A DNA stretch of 64,000 nucleotides from Sphyrna mokarran. Taxonomy: Eukaryota. The stretch covers positions 36,890,001 through 36,954,000 of the forward strand of contig JAGIQG010000019.1 of NCBI GenBank assembly GCA_024679065.1, given 5' to 3'. Each line of letters opens with the position of its first letter. Within the stretch, counting starts at the first letter, position 1. A program made the position numbers and the translations under genes. The notes below the pieces were generated by a model. That model did not search any database. It was not told the origin of the DNA and worked only from the letters and a program-made list of their open reading frames with translations. Of the stretch, positions 39,020 to 51,009 are shown one piece after another.

Positions 39020-41060
39020 ATATAATATTCTAGAAGGTGAGATGACAATATCCATTAAAGATAACATGCAGTGCTAAAGAGAAAGGGTGCCTTTGACAGG
39101 AATCAATCCAATTGACTTGAGCTAAGAAACAAAAAAAGATGCTATTATATTGTTCAGTGCATACTATAGGTACCTACCAGTGAGAAAGGTGTAGATTAAC
39201 ACATTTGCAAAAAAATTATTGAAAGGTGCAAGAATAATAGAGTACAAGGATAATGGGATACTTTAATTTCCACATATAGACTTGGTTAGTAGGTTAGAGA
39301 TCAGAACAAAAAAGAATTCCTAGAATGTAGTCAGAAAAACTTTCCACAGCAATCCATTTTCAGTCTAACAAGAAAAAAGGCACTTCTAGGTCTGATTCTT
39401 GGAAATGGATCAAGTGTCAATAATTGAATCTTGTTGAATAGTGATCACGATATCATAAAGTTTAGGTTGGCTATGAAAAAGAACAAGGTACATAGAACAT
39501 AGAACATAGAACAATACAGCACAGAACAGGCCCTTCGGCCTTCGATGTTGTGCCGACCAAAATAAAAAGCAATGCCCCTCCTAACTAAACCATTCCCTTC
39601 TCATCCATATACTTATCAACTAACCTCTTAAACGCCACCAAACTTGGCGCATCTACAACAGCTGCAGGCAGGGCATTCCACTCCCTAATCACTCTTTGAG
39701 TAAAGAACCTACCTCTGATATCCGTCCTATAACTCATACCCCTTAATTTAAAGCTGTGTCCCCTCGTGCTAGCTTTCTCCATCCTAGGAAAAAGGCTATC
39801 ACTGTCCACCCTATCTAAACCTCTAATCATCTTATATGCTTCAATAAGATCCCCTCTTAGCCGCCTCCTTTCTAACGAAAACAACCTCAAATCCTTCAAC
39901 CTCTCTTCATAGGACCTGCCCTCCATACCAGGCAACATCCTGGTAAACCTCCTCTGTACCCTCTCCAATGCCTCCACATCTTTCTTATAATGTGGCGACC
40001 AGAACTGCACACAATACTCCAAGTGCGGCCGCACTAGAGTTTTGTACAGTTGCAACATGATGCTGCGGCTCCTAAATTCAATCCCCCTACCAATAAAAGC
40101 TAAGACTCCATATGCCTTCTTAACAACTTTATCCACTTGACTGCCTACTTTCAGGGATCTATTGACACATACACCAAGATCCTTCTGTTCCTCAACACTA
40201 TTAAGAGCCCTACCATTAGCCCTATACTCTACACATTTATTGTTCCTGCCAAAGTGCATTACCTCACACTTTTCCACATTAAACTCCATTTGCCACCTCT
40301 CGGCCCAGCTCTGCAACTTGTCCAAGTCACTCTGTAAACTAAAACACCCCTCTTCACTATCTACCACACCACCAACTTTAGTATCATCTGCAAATTTACT
40401 GATCCATCCCTCAATACCCTCATCCAGATCATTTATAAAAATTACAAACAGCAGGGGCCCCAAAACAGACCCCTGAGGCACACCACTCGTCACCGAACTC
40501 CACGATGAATATCTCCCATCAACCACCACCCTCTGTCTTCTATCTGCCAGCCAATTCCTAATCCAATTAGCTAAATCACCCTCTATTCCACACATCTGCA
40601 TTTTCTGTAGAAGTCTTCCATGGGCCACCTTATCAAAAGCCTTACTAAAGTCCATATATACTACATCAACCGCCTTACCCCCATCCACCTCTCTGGTCAC
40701 TTTCTCAAAAAACTCAATGAGGTTAGTAAGGCATGACCTACCCTTCACGAAACCATGCTGACTATCCCCAATCAATTCATTTCTCTCTAAATAACTATAA
40801 ATCCTATCCCTAATAATTCTCTCCAATACCTTGCCCACCACAGAAGTAAGACTCACTGGCCTATAATTCCCAGGAAGGTCTCTCTTCCCCTTCTTAAACA
40901 AAGGGACCACATTCGCCATCCTCCAGTCCTCCGGAACCACACCCGTAACCAACGAGGACCTGAAGATCAGAGCCAGAGGTACAATCCAGAATAAAAATAA
41001 TTAACTAGGGAAAGCCCACCTCAATGGGGTGAGAATGGATATGATTCAGATTAATTAGAA
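39020..41060 (+). mobile_element. Old CR1 endonuclease-region fragment, split by the younger CR1 below
   Basis: DHDIIKFRLAMKKNKVQ|SRIKIIN*GKA continues across the insertion. Confidence 0.7.
39493..40976 (-). mobile_element. Young 5'-truncated CR1 LINE with an uninterrupted RT ORF
   Basis: 455-aa ORF 39585-40952 (NYRPVSLTS, QHGF, DFSKAFDKV, GVPQGSVLGP, FADD); (catagaa)n tail; 7-bp TSD aggtaca at 39486-39492 and 40977-40983. Confidence 0.97.
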
Positions 41061-41572
41061 TCGAAGGCTGGCCGATTATTGGTAGGGAGTAGACCTTGAT
41101 GAATATTACTCCTAAAGAGAGCTGGTGCAAATATGATGGGCTGAGTGGCCTCCTCCTGTGCTGATTCAATACTTTGGCGGATAGACAAGGGTATGGTGGC
41201 GGGGGAAGTAGCAGGTAACTGTAAAATTCCAATTCTCGACAAAAGCTCTGTGATCTTTAAACGCCTTTAACTATCTGTCACTTGTGGGTGGGTAGCCCTG
41301 CTCTACTTCTTCCCGGCCATTTTGCTCCTGGGAAAATAGCTCTGGGGAAAGATGCGGTCGGCAAAACGAATTTTCGCAGCCGTCTCTGCATTCAACTCCC
41401 ACAATCCTGCCCAGTTGGAAAATCTCGTCTTTTCAATATCTTTAATTTTTATTTACTGCTCAGCCGGGGTCCAAAAGCTAGTAGCTGACGAGCAGATATC
41501 TGCAATTTTATAGATACGAATTATTTACAATAGCCGCTTCCGGGAGTTTGGGGGTGACGGTTATTCATGTTT

Positions 41573-41859
41573 AGTTTCGATTTTGAATCTCAATACAGGG
41601 AGCTTGGTTAAACTGAGGCAGCTTCTGCAATCGCCAGAGCAGAGAATGAATTCTGTAGAGGAGCTAATAACGTCCTTGTAGGAAAGGGAATCAACAGAAC
41701 CTGCAATTCAGAGCTCTGTGTGTTTTTATATTTGCAGCAATGTACAGTTCAAACTTCGTTTCACTCTGACACTGTGACCACTTCCTCTCACGTTCTGATA
41801 AATCGAAACCAAGAAACTGAAAATAAACAACGCAATTCGTTAATGGAGAAGTGAAGAAG
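41573..41859 (+). promoter_or_regulatory. Candidate promoter and non-coding first exon of gene 2, with an IRF/ISRE cluster
   Basis: GAAACTGAAA 41813-41822, CTTCGTTTCACT 41754-41765, AGTTTCGATTTT 41573-41584; CpG-richer flanks (~41280-42360); donor aag|gtaaat at 41860; the gene 2 ATG exon has an acceptor, so an upstream exon is required. Confidence 0.5.
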
Positions 41860-42431
41860 GTAAATTTATGAAATTAAATTGCCCAAAATCATAGATTTTG
41901 CAACATTTAGAGAAGTTTTATAAGTAAATGTATTTTTTTAATCGATGGTTCATGTTAAATATTTATCTTGAAGTTTTACAAGTTAGTTTCATTTTTGCAA
42001 TGTTCACCCCAACAACGACGACGATGGTTCTGAATGTAGGGCTGAAAGCGACTCCGGGATACTGACCTGAATTTCCTGCTCCCTGGGACTGGAGGACAAC
42101 GGACCTCACACTGATTTTATGCTGAGGCCATGAACCTCGGCACGAAGTCCGCCCTTCCCCCCAAGTGAGGCTCTTAACCTGCCAATTAGTGGCCACTTTC
42201 GAGCCTCAAATTTTAGGCAAAAGGGCGGATGGAAGCTCTGTGGAAAATCCAGAACTAAAAGCTGGAATTCCTCAGTCTCATACGCACCAACGACAACGGA
42301 GAAAGGCCAAATTTCCATTCGCGGCAGTGGGATCTGATTATCAAAGCTATAGATGAGGCCGGACATCTATAGCTTTCAGATATAAAAGCTATATCTGAAC
42401 AAAGATATAGGAACAAAGGACAAAGGAAATG

Positions 42432-42634
42432 CAGTAAGAATTCTCACAACACTAGGTTAAAATCCTGTTTGGAATCATGAGCTTTCAGAGTGCTGCTCTT
42501 TCATTAGATGACACCTGATGAAAGAGCAGCGCTCCAAACACTTGTGATTCCAAATAAACCCGTTGGACTATAACCTGATATTGTGAGACTTCTTACTGAG
42601 CCCACCCCAGTCTCAACGCTGGCATTTCCACATT
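42432..42634. mobile_element. Short Penelope-like foldback (~80-bp arms) with a hammerhead-like core
   Basis: cagtaagaa..cacaaca / ttgtgagacttcttactg inverted; ctgatga-aagagcagcgctcc-aaac from 42515. Confidence 0.7.
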
Positions 42635-42865
42635 AAAGAAGTTCAACTTTGGGTGGGAACTCATCAACAGAAGCCCACTTCCGAGGTATGATAGTGCTGT
42701 TTGGAAGGGTTTAAAGTAGTGTGGCAGGGGGTGGGAGTCAGAACAGGAGACCAGTAAGTGTAGGGACTGAAGAAGAAAATGAGACTAAGATAAACATAAT
42801 TCAAAGTAAAAGCTGGCTGAGGAAAGTTGCAGGGCTCTTCACGGATATTTTCATATCCACTTTGA

Positions 42866-44100
42866 CTTGATTTGATATATTATTGTCACATATATTATCA
42901 TACAGTGCAAAGTGTTGTTTCTTGCATGCAGTACAGACAAAACATATCATTCATAGGGAAGGAAATGAGAGAGTGCAGTATTACAGTCATAACTAGGGTC
43001 TAGAGAAAAATCAACTTAATGCAAGATAAGTCTATTCAAAAGTCTGACGGCAGCAGGAAAGAAGCTAGTCTTGAGTCGGTTGGTACGTGATGTCAGACTT
43101 TTGTATCTTTTTCCAGAAGGAAGAAGGTGAAAGAGAAGAGTGCAAGAGGTCCTTAATTATGCTGGCTGCTTTGCCAAGGCAGCAGGAAGTATAGACAGAG
43201 TCAATGGATGGGAGGCTAATCTACGTGATTGATTGGGCTATATTCACAACCTTTTGTAGATCCTTGCAGTGTTGGGCAGAGCAGAGCTCTGCCAAGCTGT
43301 GATATAAATAGAAAGAATGCTTTCTATGGTGCATCTGTAAAAGTTGGTGAGAGTTGTAGCTGACATGCCCAATTTCCTTAGTCTTCTGAGAAGGTAGAAG
43401 TGTTGGTGAGCTTTCGTAACTATAGTGTCGGCATGGAAGGACCAGGACAAATTGGTGATCTTACTGATCAGATCACCCATATTTTCCTCCAGATCATTTA
43501 TATATATATTACAAATAACAGATCCCAGCACTGATCCCTGTGGAACACCATTAGCTATCTCGATCCTTTCTACTTTGTTCCCATTGATGTAGACAGGAGC
43601 ATATTTTCCTTTCCTGAAGTTGATGACAACATCCTTTGTTTAGGTGACATTGAGGGAGAGATTATTGTTGCCACTCTCATCACATTTTCTGTCTCATTCT
43701 TGAGGTCTATCTCATTGAAATCCGACCCAGTACAATGGTGTCGTCAGCAAATTTGAAAATCAAATTGGAGGGGAATTTGGTCACACAGACATAGGCGTAT
43801 AAGGAGTATGTATTGTAGGGGGCTTATGGGGCACTAGTATTGAGGATGATCGTGGGAAAAGTGTTGTTGACTATCCTTACTGATTATGATCTGTGAGTTA
43901 GGAAGTTCAGGATCCACTCACAGAGGGAGTGCCGAGACCCAGGCTACGGAGTTTGGAGATAAGTTTTGTGAAAATAATAGTGTTGAAGGCTCAACTGTAT
44001 TCAACGAATACAAGTCTGACACAGGTGACCTTGTTATCTAGATGTTCTAGGGTTGAGGGTGGGGCTAGGGAAATAGAATCTGCTATGGACCTGTTGTGGC
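42866..44100 (-). mobile_element. Rex1/Babar LINE fragments, with a short CR1 piece at ~43460-43555
   Basis: KAHQHFYLLRRLRKLGMSATTLTNFYRCTIESILS; FKFADDT on the minus strand. Confidence 0.85.
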
Positions 44101-44104
44101 AGTA

Positions 44105-44555
44105 CGACAGGCAAGATTCTACAGGACTGGAGAATAGCCAATGTTGTTCCCTTCTTTAAGAAAACAAGCAGGAATGATTCAGCAAATTGTAGGCTAGTGA
44201 GCCTAATGTCAGTGGTGCAAAAGCTTTTGGAGAAGATACTGAGATACGGGATATGTGCACATTTGGAAGAAAATGAACTAATTAGTGCCAGACAGCATGG
44301 TTTTGTATGGAGAATGTCATGTCTCACCAACTTGATTAAGTTTTTTGAAGAGATAACAAAAGTAATTGATGAGGGAAGGGTTGTGAATGTTGTTTATTTG
44401 AACTTTAATAAGTTTTGACATGGTCCCATGTGGCAGACAGATACAAAAACTAAAATCACATCGGATTCGGGGCTGGTTAAATGGATACAGAACTGGCTTG
44501 GTAATAAAAGACAGAAAGTAGTGGTGAAAGAGTGTTTTTCAGAGTGGAGATTTGC
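44105..44555 (+). mobile_element. CR1 RT fragment
   Basis: RQHGFVWRMSCLTNLIKFFEE; WIQNWL. Confidence 0.85.
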
Positions 44556-47076
44556 AGCAAATCACACCATGCTGCCACTGCCGGCAAGAGCGGAAAACTT
44601 AGTGTTCAGCCAAATTTCCATTCAATGCAGCAGGACGTATGTGTTCCCCACTGACTCCAACTGAATGGTGAAGCCAACCTCCCATCTCTGGAAACATGTC
44701 TCCCTGGGACCCATCCTCCAGGAGATTTTCTCCAGGATCATTTTCCAGAAGTTTTCTCCAGGACGCATCCTCCAGGCACTTTTCTCTGGGACTCAGTTAT
44801 TTTCACAAGTGTACATGGATTTTAACGATACACAAGTTACACAATATACCTTGTGCCATAATGATCTCAACAAACATGCACTTCCTGTAACCCAACAGGC
44901 TACTGTGATCAGACAACATCCATTCCAAATGGCAGATGCCACTCAATTGAACTGTGGATTTCTCCCAAGTTCCACACATCAACACAACCACCCCCCCCCT
45001 CCCCCGCCAACATGTTGGATTATTGTCACACAAGTCCACTCTCAAAAAGACATGCTTTAAAATCTTCTTTTACACAATCGCTTCCTCAGTTGAGCTGTTT
45101 TCATCAAAGATCTGCTTCCAGATTTTCCTTTCAGTATTCCTCTGTCTTGAATTGCCACAACAATGAAATTTCTACAAAAATACTCAGGTACTCAGTCCCC
45201 AACAGACAATTAATGTCGACACATTAACCAACTGGACATAATTTTCTGACACATTTAACTCTTGGTTTAAGCTTTTTTAAACCATTAGCAATTTGCCAAG
45301 TGACAGCAACCAAGGAAGCCACAGACTATCATTATTCTGGGACAATCCAAGATTGTCAGCAGAGTTCCCTCAGAGGTATTCTTGAGAGTGAGTAAATAAG
45401 GCAAGTGAAGAGCAAATAAATTCTTTATTTAACAAAAGTGGTCTACTGGAGAGCCCAGATATAAGTGACTAGTTAATAGTCAGTTTTTTTACAACTGAAA
45501 AGTGTAGAAGCTAAGAGCCAGATTTGTGATTTTAAAAGAGCAATTTTCTCTATCTCTTAGCTAGGAAATTGTAACTCTCTATTACTTACTAACTTAGTAG
45601 TTAAAACTAGATAAACCAACTAATTAATGGAACAGAAACAATCTATTTAATTAAAAAATCAATCAAATAAGTAAACTACAGGCAATGGATGTATTAGGGA
45701 AGATAATGTATTATAACTGCCACATGTTGGAGTTTGTGGACGTTTATCTGTGAGAAGTATCAGCAGATCAAGTACAATTCAGCTCAGAATTGTTAAGCTG
45801 CAGTCTGGGCTGCAAATGTTGCAGAGTTGGAGTGGGTGGATCCATGAAAGGATGAACTAAAAGCAATGTGGGAAATGTCAAGGCTCTGGAACAGAATAAT
45901 ATTTTGGATAAAACTAAGCAGAGTGTGTCGAGAAAGGACAAATAGTTAAGGGGCAGTGGTAGCAATGGGGGGGTTTGGAGAGGGGGAGGCGTTGGAGCCT
46001 CAGCTCGCCTTGTGAAGCCAGCTGAGATCATGGGACGCCATTACATAGGCACCCTGATCTCACCACCCTTGCAGAGTTCAACTTACTCTCCCCGATCGTC
46101 GCTCCCACTGATGAACCCCCCTACCCTTCCCTCTCAGGCACTGCCCTTGAGGCCCTACCTCCTTGGCACTGCTAAGATTCTCAGTGGGCAAGCCCAGGGT
46201 GCCTGGCTGGCACTGTCCCACTAGCACTGCCCAGCCCTGCCCCTCAGTACTGGGGGGCATCAGTGGTCTCCGGTGCCACTGGCAAGACCATCACATCAGA
46301 TTTTCATTGGTGGGGACTGTCTATGATTCTTGCCAGTGAGAACCTCGACTGACAAAGGGATTGAAGCAAGTGAGCCAATATGGCAGCATCCAGGACTCAT
46401 TAATGACATGTAAATCGTCTCATTAATATTGAAATCAGCTTCACCTTCTTTCTGAGCACAAAGCTGATTTTGCTGGCAGACGGTGTCGTAAGAGACCAGA
46501 AACTGGGCACAAACCTGATTTTCACCTCTAATCCTATCTTTCTGGCTTGCCACGCCGATCAATTAATAAGATCACACCCAAGAAGTTTATAGGATATGAA
46601 CAACTAAGATGATGTCAGACAAAATTAGAACAAAGCTAAAGGCACAGTATCTGAATGCACAAAAGCTTTGCAACAAATTAATGAAAGAGAGCGAATTAAT
46701 AGGTTTGATGTCATAGCAATTACAAAAACATGATTGCAAAGAGATCAAGACTAGGAAGTAAGCATTCCAGGATACTTCACTTTTAGAAGGTAAATTGAAA
46801 ATCGATGACACAAAAGTTTGGGAAAAGACAGTAGAGAGAAAGACTGTTAGCTCAAATAATACAAAAAAGGATCAGTTTGGGTGAAGCAAGAAACAGAAGA
46901 GAGAAGTAAACCCTTCAACTTACAGCAGAGAAACTTGATAATGTGAAATGCTTTTCTGCTGCTTTGTTTATTGTCAGTCTCTCTGGATATATATATTAGC
47001 CACAAATCTTGAATAGGTGCTTGGAAAAACAATGAAATTACTCATTCTTATTTAATGGGTTTTTATTTTTCAGGCC

Positions 47077-47137
47077 ATGGCGAATCCACTGTGCATCATG
47101 CTGTTGTCACTTCTCTTCCTCCAGCAGTTTCTTTTCG
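47077..47137 (+). CDS. Gene 2 leader exon: MANPLCIMLLSLLFLQQFLF
   Basis: Strong acceptor ttttttatttttcag| (exon starts 47074), Kozak gccATGg, hydrophobic core, donor g|gtaagg in phase 1 matching the V exon. Confidence 0.75.
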
Positions 47138-47278
47138 GTAAGGTCCCCCTCCTCTGCAAGGACATTCTCCTGGTACATCTCTTCCTCCTGGATGTCTCCC
47201 CGTTGCTGTGCCAGGTTGTAGAGTGCACACTAGACCATGATGATGTGAGAGAGTCTCTGGGGACAGTATTGGAGAGTT

Positions 47279-48018
47279 CAGTAAGAAGTCTGACAACATC
47301 AGGTTTAAATCCAACCGATTTATTTGATAGTAAACTCACAAGCTTTCAACCCTCTGGTCTTCGTCAGGTAAATGAGGTATTCTGGTCTCAAACAGCACAC
47401 ATGACAGCACAGACTGTTTATAGATTACTGATTAGAATGAGAATTTTTACACCTAACCTGCTATTCAAGTCTTAAAGTGGCTAACGATGTGAGTGGAAAA
47501 AGCACTGAACACAGGTTAAAGAGATGTGTATTGTCTCCAGACAGCACAGTAAGTGAGGTTTTTTGCTAATTCAGGCAAGTCATGGGGGTTACAGATAGTG
47601 TGACATAAAGCCAAGATTCCTGTTAAGACCGTCCTCATCTGTGGGAACTTGGCTTTATGTCACACTATCTGTAACCCCCATAACTTGCCTGAATTAGCAA
47701 AAACCTCACTTACTGTGCTGTCTGGAGACAATGCACATCTCTTTAACCTGTGTTCAGTGCTCCTTCCGCTCACATCGTTAGCCACTTTAAGACTTGAATA
47801 GCAGGTTAGGTGTAAAGATTCGCATTCTAATCAGTAATCTGTAAACAGTCTGTGCTGTTATGTATGCTGTTTGAGACCAGAACACCTCATCCACCTGACA
47901 AAGACCAGAGGGTCGAAAGCTTGTGAGTTTACTATCAAATAAATCGGTTGGATTTAAACCTGGTGTTGTCAGTCTTCTTACTGTGTTTACCCCAGTCCAA
48001 CACCGGCATCTCTACATC
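47279..48018. mobile_element. Penelope-like foldback element (~337-bp inverted arms, ~32-nt spacer)
   Basis: Arms 47279-47615 and 47648-47983; terminal ccccagtccaacaccggcatctctacatc; TSD ttggagagttcag at 47269-47281 and 48019-48031. Confidence 0.9.
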
Positions 48019-50106
48019 TTGGAGAGTTCAGGCAGCAAAATCACAGCTTCAGAAGCTCGACACTCAAAGGTGGACCAGCATGGGCCTCATTATCATGGAT
48101 CTCTGCCTCAGTCTCAGGCCTCCACTCTGGGTGTTATCAGCCAGGACCACAGTGGGAGTCTTAATCCTCCACAAGCCATCCCAGCAGCCTGAGGTGATCC
48201 TCAAAGACCCCAGGGATATCTGAGCTGTACAAGATGTAGCAATTGTGCACACTGCCTGGATGGCATGCACACATGTGCATGACATCACAAACTGTCTGAC
48301 CATTCAGAGAGTGGAACCCCTTTCTGTTAATAAAGGGCACTCCCTGATTCCATGGGGCCTGTAAGGCGAGGTGCATGCCATCCGTAGCCTCCACTACATA
48401 GGGTATCCTAGTGATGGCAGAAAAGCCTGCAGCCGAGGCTTCCTGTTGGGCCTGGCACATGTCAAAGTGGATTTAGTGGGCTGCCTGGCGTACAAGGCAT
48501 CTGTGTCAATGCCTGCGAGGTATTGCAGACGTCTCTGCTTGAGCCCTGGAAAGATCCATGCGCGTAAATGTTTACGGCCATCGTTATCTTCATGGCTATC
48601 AGGAGCAGGTGTCTTCTTGCCGCATGAAATGCTAGGTCTGCAAGGACGTGACATGGGTACTTCACAGTTTTCCTGCTGAGACATAGTCTGCAGTGGCACA
48701 TGGTGTCCAGCAGCTAATTGAAGACCGTTTGTTCTATAGAGGTAGAGTCTCTGTCTTCATAATCCCCTGCATGCCCTCATCCTCCTCCTTCCCCACCATC
48801 TCAAGTCCACAGGTTTCCAGATCCTGGTCTCTATCAGTGGCCCCTGACATTGTGCTGCAGCCTGAAGACTGGGTTGGCCTTGTTCATTACAGCAGCAACA
48901 AGTACGATTTCCAAAATAGTTGGGGGGGGGGGGGGGGGGGGAGGTATATGTGTGCTAGGGACATGTTAAGGAGAGAAAGAGAAGGATAATCCATAAGGTG
49001 ATCCATCCTGGGCCCGTCAATCTCTCCCAGTAACTTATATCCCATAACTCTGGACTCTGCCAACAAGACACCATCTCCAGTGCCATGTCCCAGCATGATT
49101 GGTTGCTGACTGTTGCCACGTCATTGTCATGGCAACCATCGACACTGCCCATGTCCCCTTGTGATCACCAATGGCCCGCCACACAGCTATATCCTTACTT
49201 CACATGATCATTCTGCATCCATACTGCAATTACATAGTCACTGGTGTGCATCATGAGCCTGTCCCTCCAGATAGCCAGTCCCCCAGGTATATGTTCCCGA
49301 GACCACAGACCATTGTCTGCAGCATGTGACAGGCAATTGCCAGCAGCATGTACAGCATTCACATAAAGTTTAAGGGTGGCTATGAGGTGTTCCCCATTGG
49401 AAACCCTTGAAGCGTAGACTTGCGTGCACCCACCTCGACACTGGCGCACTATCTTCTGGGAATGGCTTGCATTGTAGACAGATGGAGGAGAAGCACCCTC
49501 GTGACTATCATGTGATGGAAAATCTTGCAGTCTAAGATGCAGTGTGAACACTGCTAACTCCCTTGATTGGAGCAACAGCTGCCAGACCTGGTACTTGATG
49601 CTGTTAGTGGGGCTTGGAATGGAATGTCCACAATCAGCCACAGAGCCTGTTAGTAGGGTTAGCACTCAATCTCATATGAAATCCTTGAGGGACATTCAGC
49701 ATCCAGGGGAAATGTGTGAAACACAAGTCCTAAGTCAGAGGCCACCCTCCCCTCCCAACCTGTGACCCTCTGAACATGTCTGAGCCCCTCAATGCCCTGT
49801 ACCTATGCAAGCCCTTCACGCATCCCACACCATGGCAGCAACTGACCCTCACCCTGCACTGCAAGGGTTCGTGCTCAGCAGTATTCACTCCCTCAATCTC
49901 GTTCACTACTGTTGCTCCTTGACTACACTTTTAAAGACGTGTACTAATTGGGGGCAGTATGACATCATACCGGAGAAGTGGGAAACCTCTAGGAGTGTGT
50001 GCTGAACTTGCAAATTATATGGAAATCCAGTCAATTTAATGCTAAGCTGGTGCCTCCATGTTTCTCATTAAGATTATGTTTTTTTTACATCCTATATTTT
50101 TATTAG

Positions 50107-50454
50107 GTGAGGGATCTTTCTCTCGGGTTAATGGAGTCTCAGGTAAAGACATATTGCTGCCCTGCACTTTTCCTGTTGCAGTCAACTTCAGTCTGAAGGA
50201 TCTTGTCATTACCTGGCAGCAAACACTCAGTCTAATCGTGGTTCACAGCTTCTACAGTGTGAAAAATCATCCAGAATATCAAGACTCAGCGTTCAGGGGA
50301 CGGACTGAGCTGTTTCCCCAAGAATTCCACATTGGGAATGCTGCCCTGAGACTGAAAGGAGCAACTATGTCAGACCAGGGCAACTACACATGCTTCGTAA
50401 TTCAACAGGATGGGAAAGGCTACTTTGAGAGTGTGGTGGAACTGGAATTATATG
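50107..50454 (+). CDS. Gene 2: B7-family IgV domain (CD276/HHLA2/VTCN1-like)
   Basis: Acceptor ttttttattag|, donor g|gtgagc. Encodes GKDILLPCTF..LVITWQ..VVHSFY..YQDSAFRGRTELF..GNAALRL..DQGNYTCFV, the characteristic B7/butyrophilin V signature. Confidence 0.93.
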
Positions 50455-51009
50455 GTGAGCACTTAGATATCTCCCAGTAGTAAATGAAAGAACTTTGAAA
50501 ATGTTATTGAGTGAATTGTGTTTGGGTAAAGACTCATGATTGTCTGGAAAGTGTTGCACAGTTTTGATATATTTAGAATTGACTGTTCTTGAGGGAGATT
50601 CATAAGAATGGAGCCTGTTAGGTATGTAGGACAAATTAAGCAACCTTTGTACTTTGCAGAGGATGAATTTCTCTTCAGTCTGAGTAAAACATCCATTTAT
50701 CAATTATTCTCTCCACTTGAACCACTTGACTCAGGCTGTTATTGTATTTGAATTGAGGTACATTCCACTAAACTTGACTTGAAACTGCCCATCGTTATTA
50801 ACCACACTCTGAAAGGTCCCCAGGCATAAACCTGACATTTAACAACTAATGGCAGCCCAGATCTATTGGTCTGAGAGGCATATAGTAGACCATCAAATCC
50901 AAAATCATTTGGCTGCTTTCCACACCAGTCTGAAAGACCTCCGCCTCTGATCATGGGTGTGAGGGATGGTGGTGAGGGGTCAGTGAAAAGAGATTTGCTC
51001 TGTTGACCT

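Larger units (their letters stand above)
47070..48800 (-). mobile_element. Harbinger transposase remnant, interrupted by a Penelope foldback and overlapping the gene 2 leader exon in antisense
   Basis: ATDGMHLALQAP..FINRKGFHSLNGQTVCD..CHPGSVHN (48161-48460); C-terminus LQYCPQRLSHIIMV*CALYNLAQQRGD plus acidic tail at 47274-47070. Confidence 0.82.

Noticed and set aside
39585-40952. Longest ORF (455 aa) as a host gene
   Set aside because: It is CR1 reverse transcriptase with a tail and TSD: a truncated retrotransposon
47138-47475. Remainder of the 132-aa ORF starting at 47077 as coding
   Set aside because: Continues past a strong donor into Harbinger antisense and Penelope sequence
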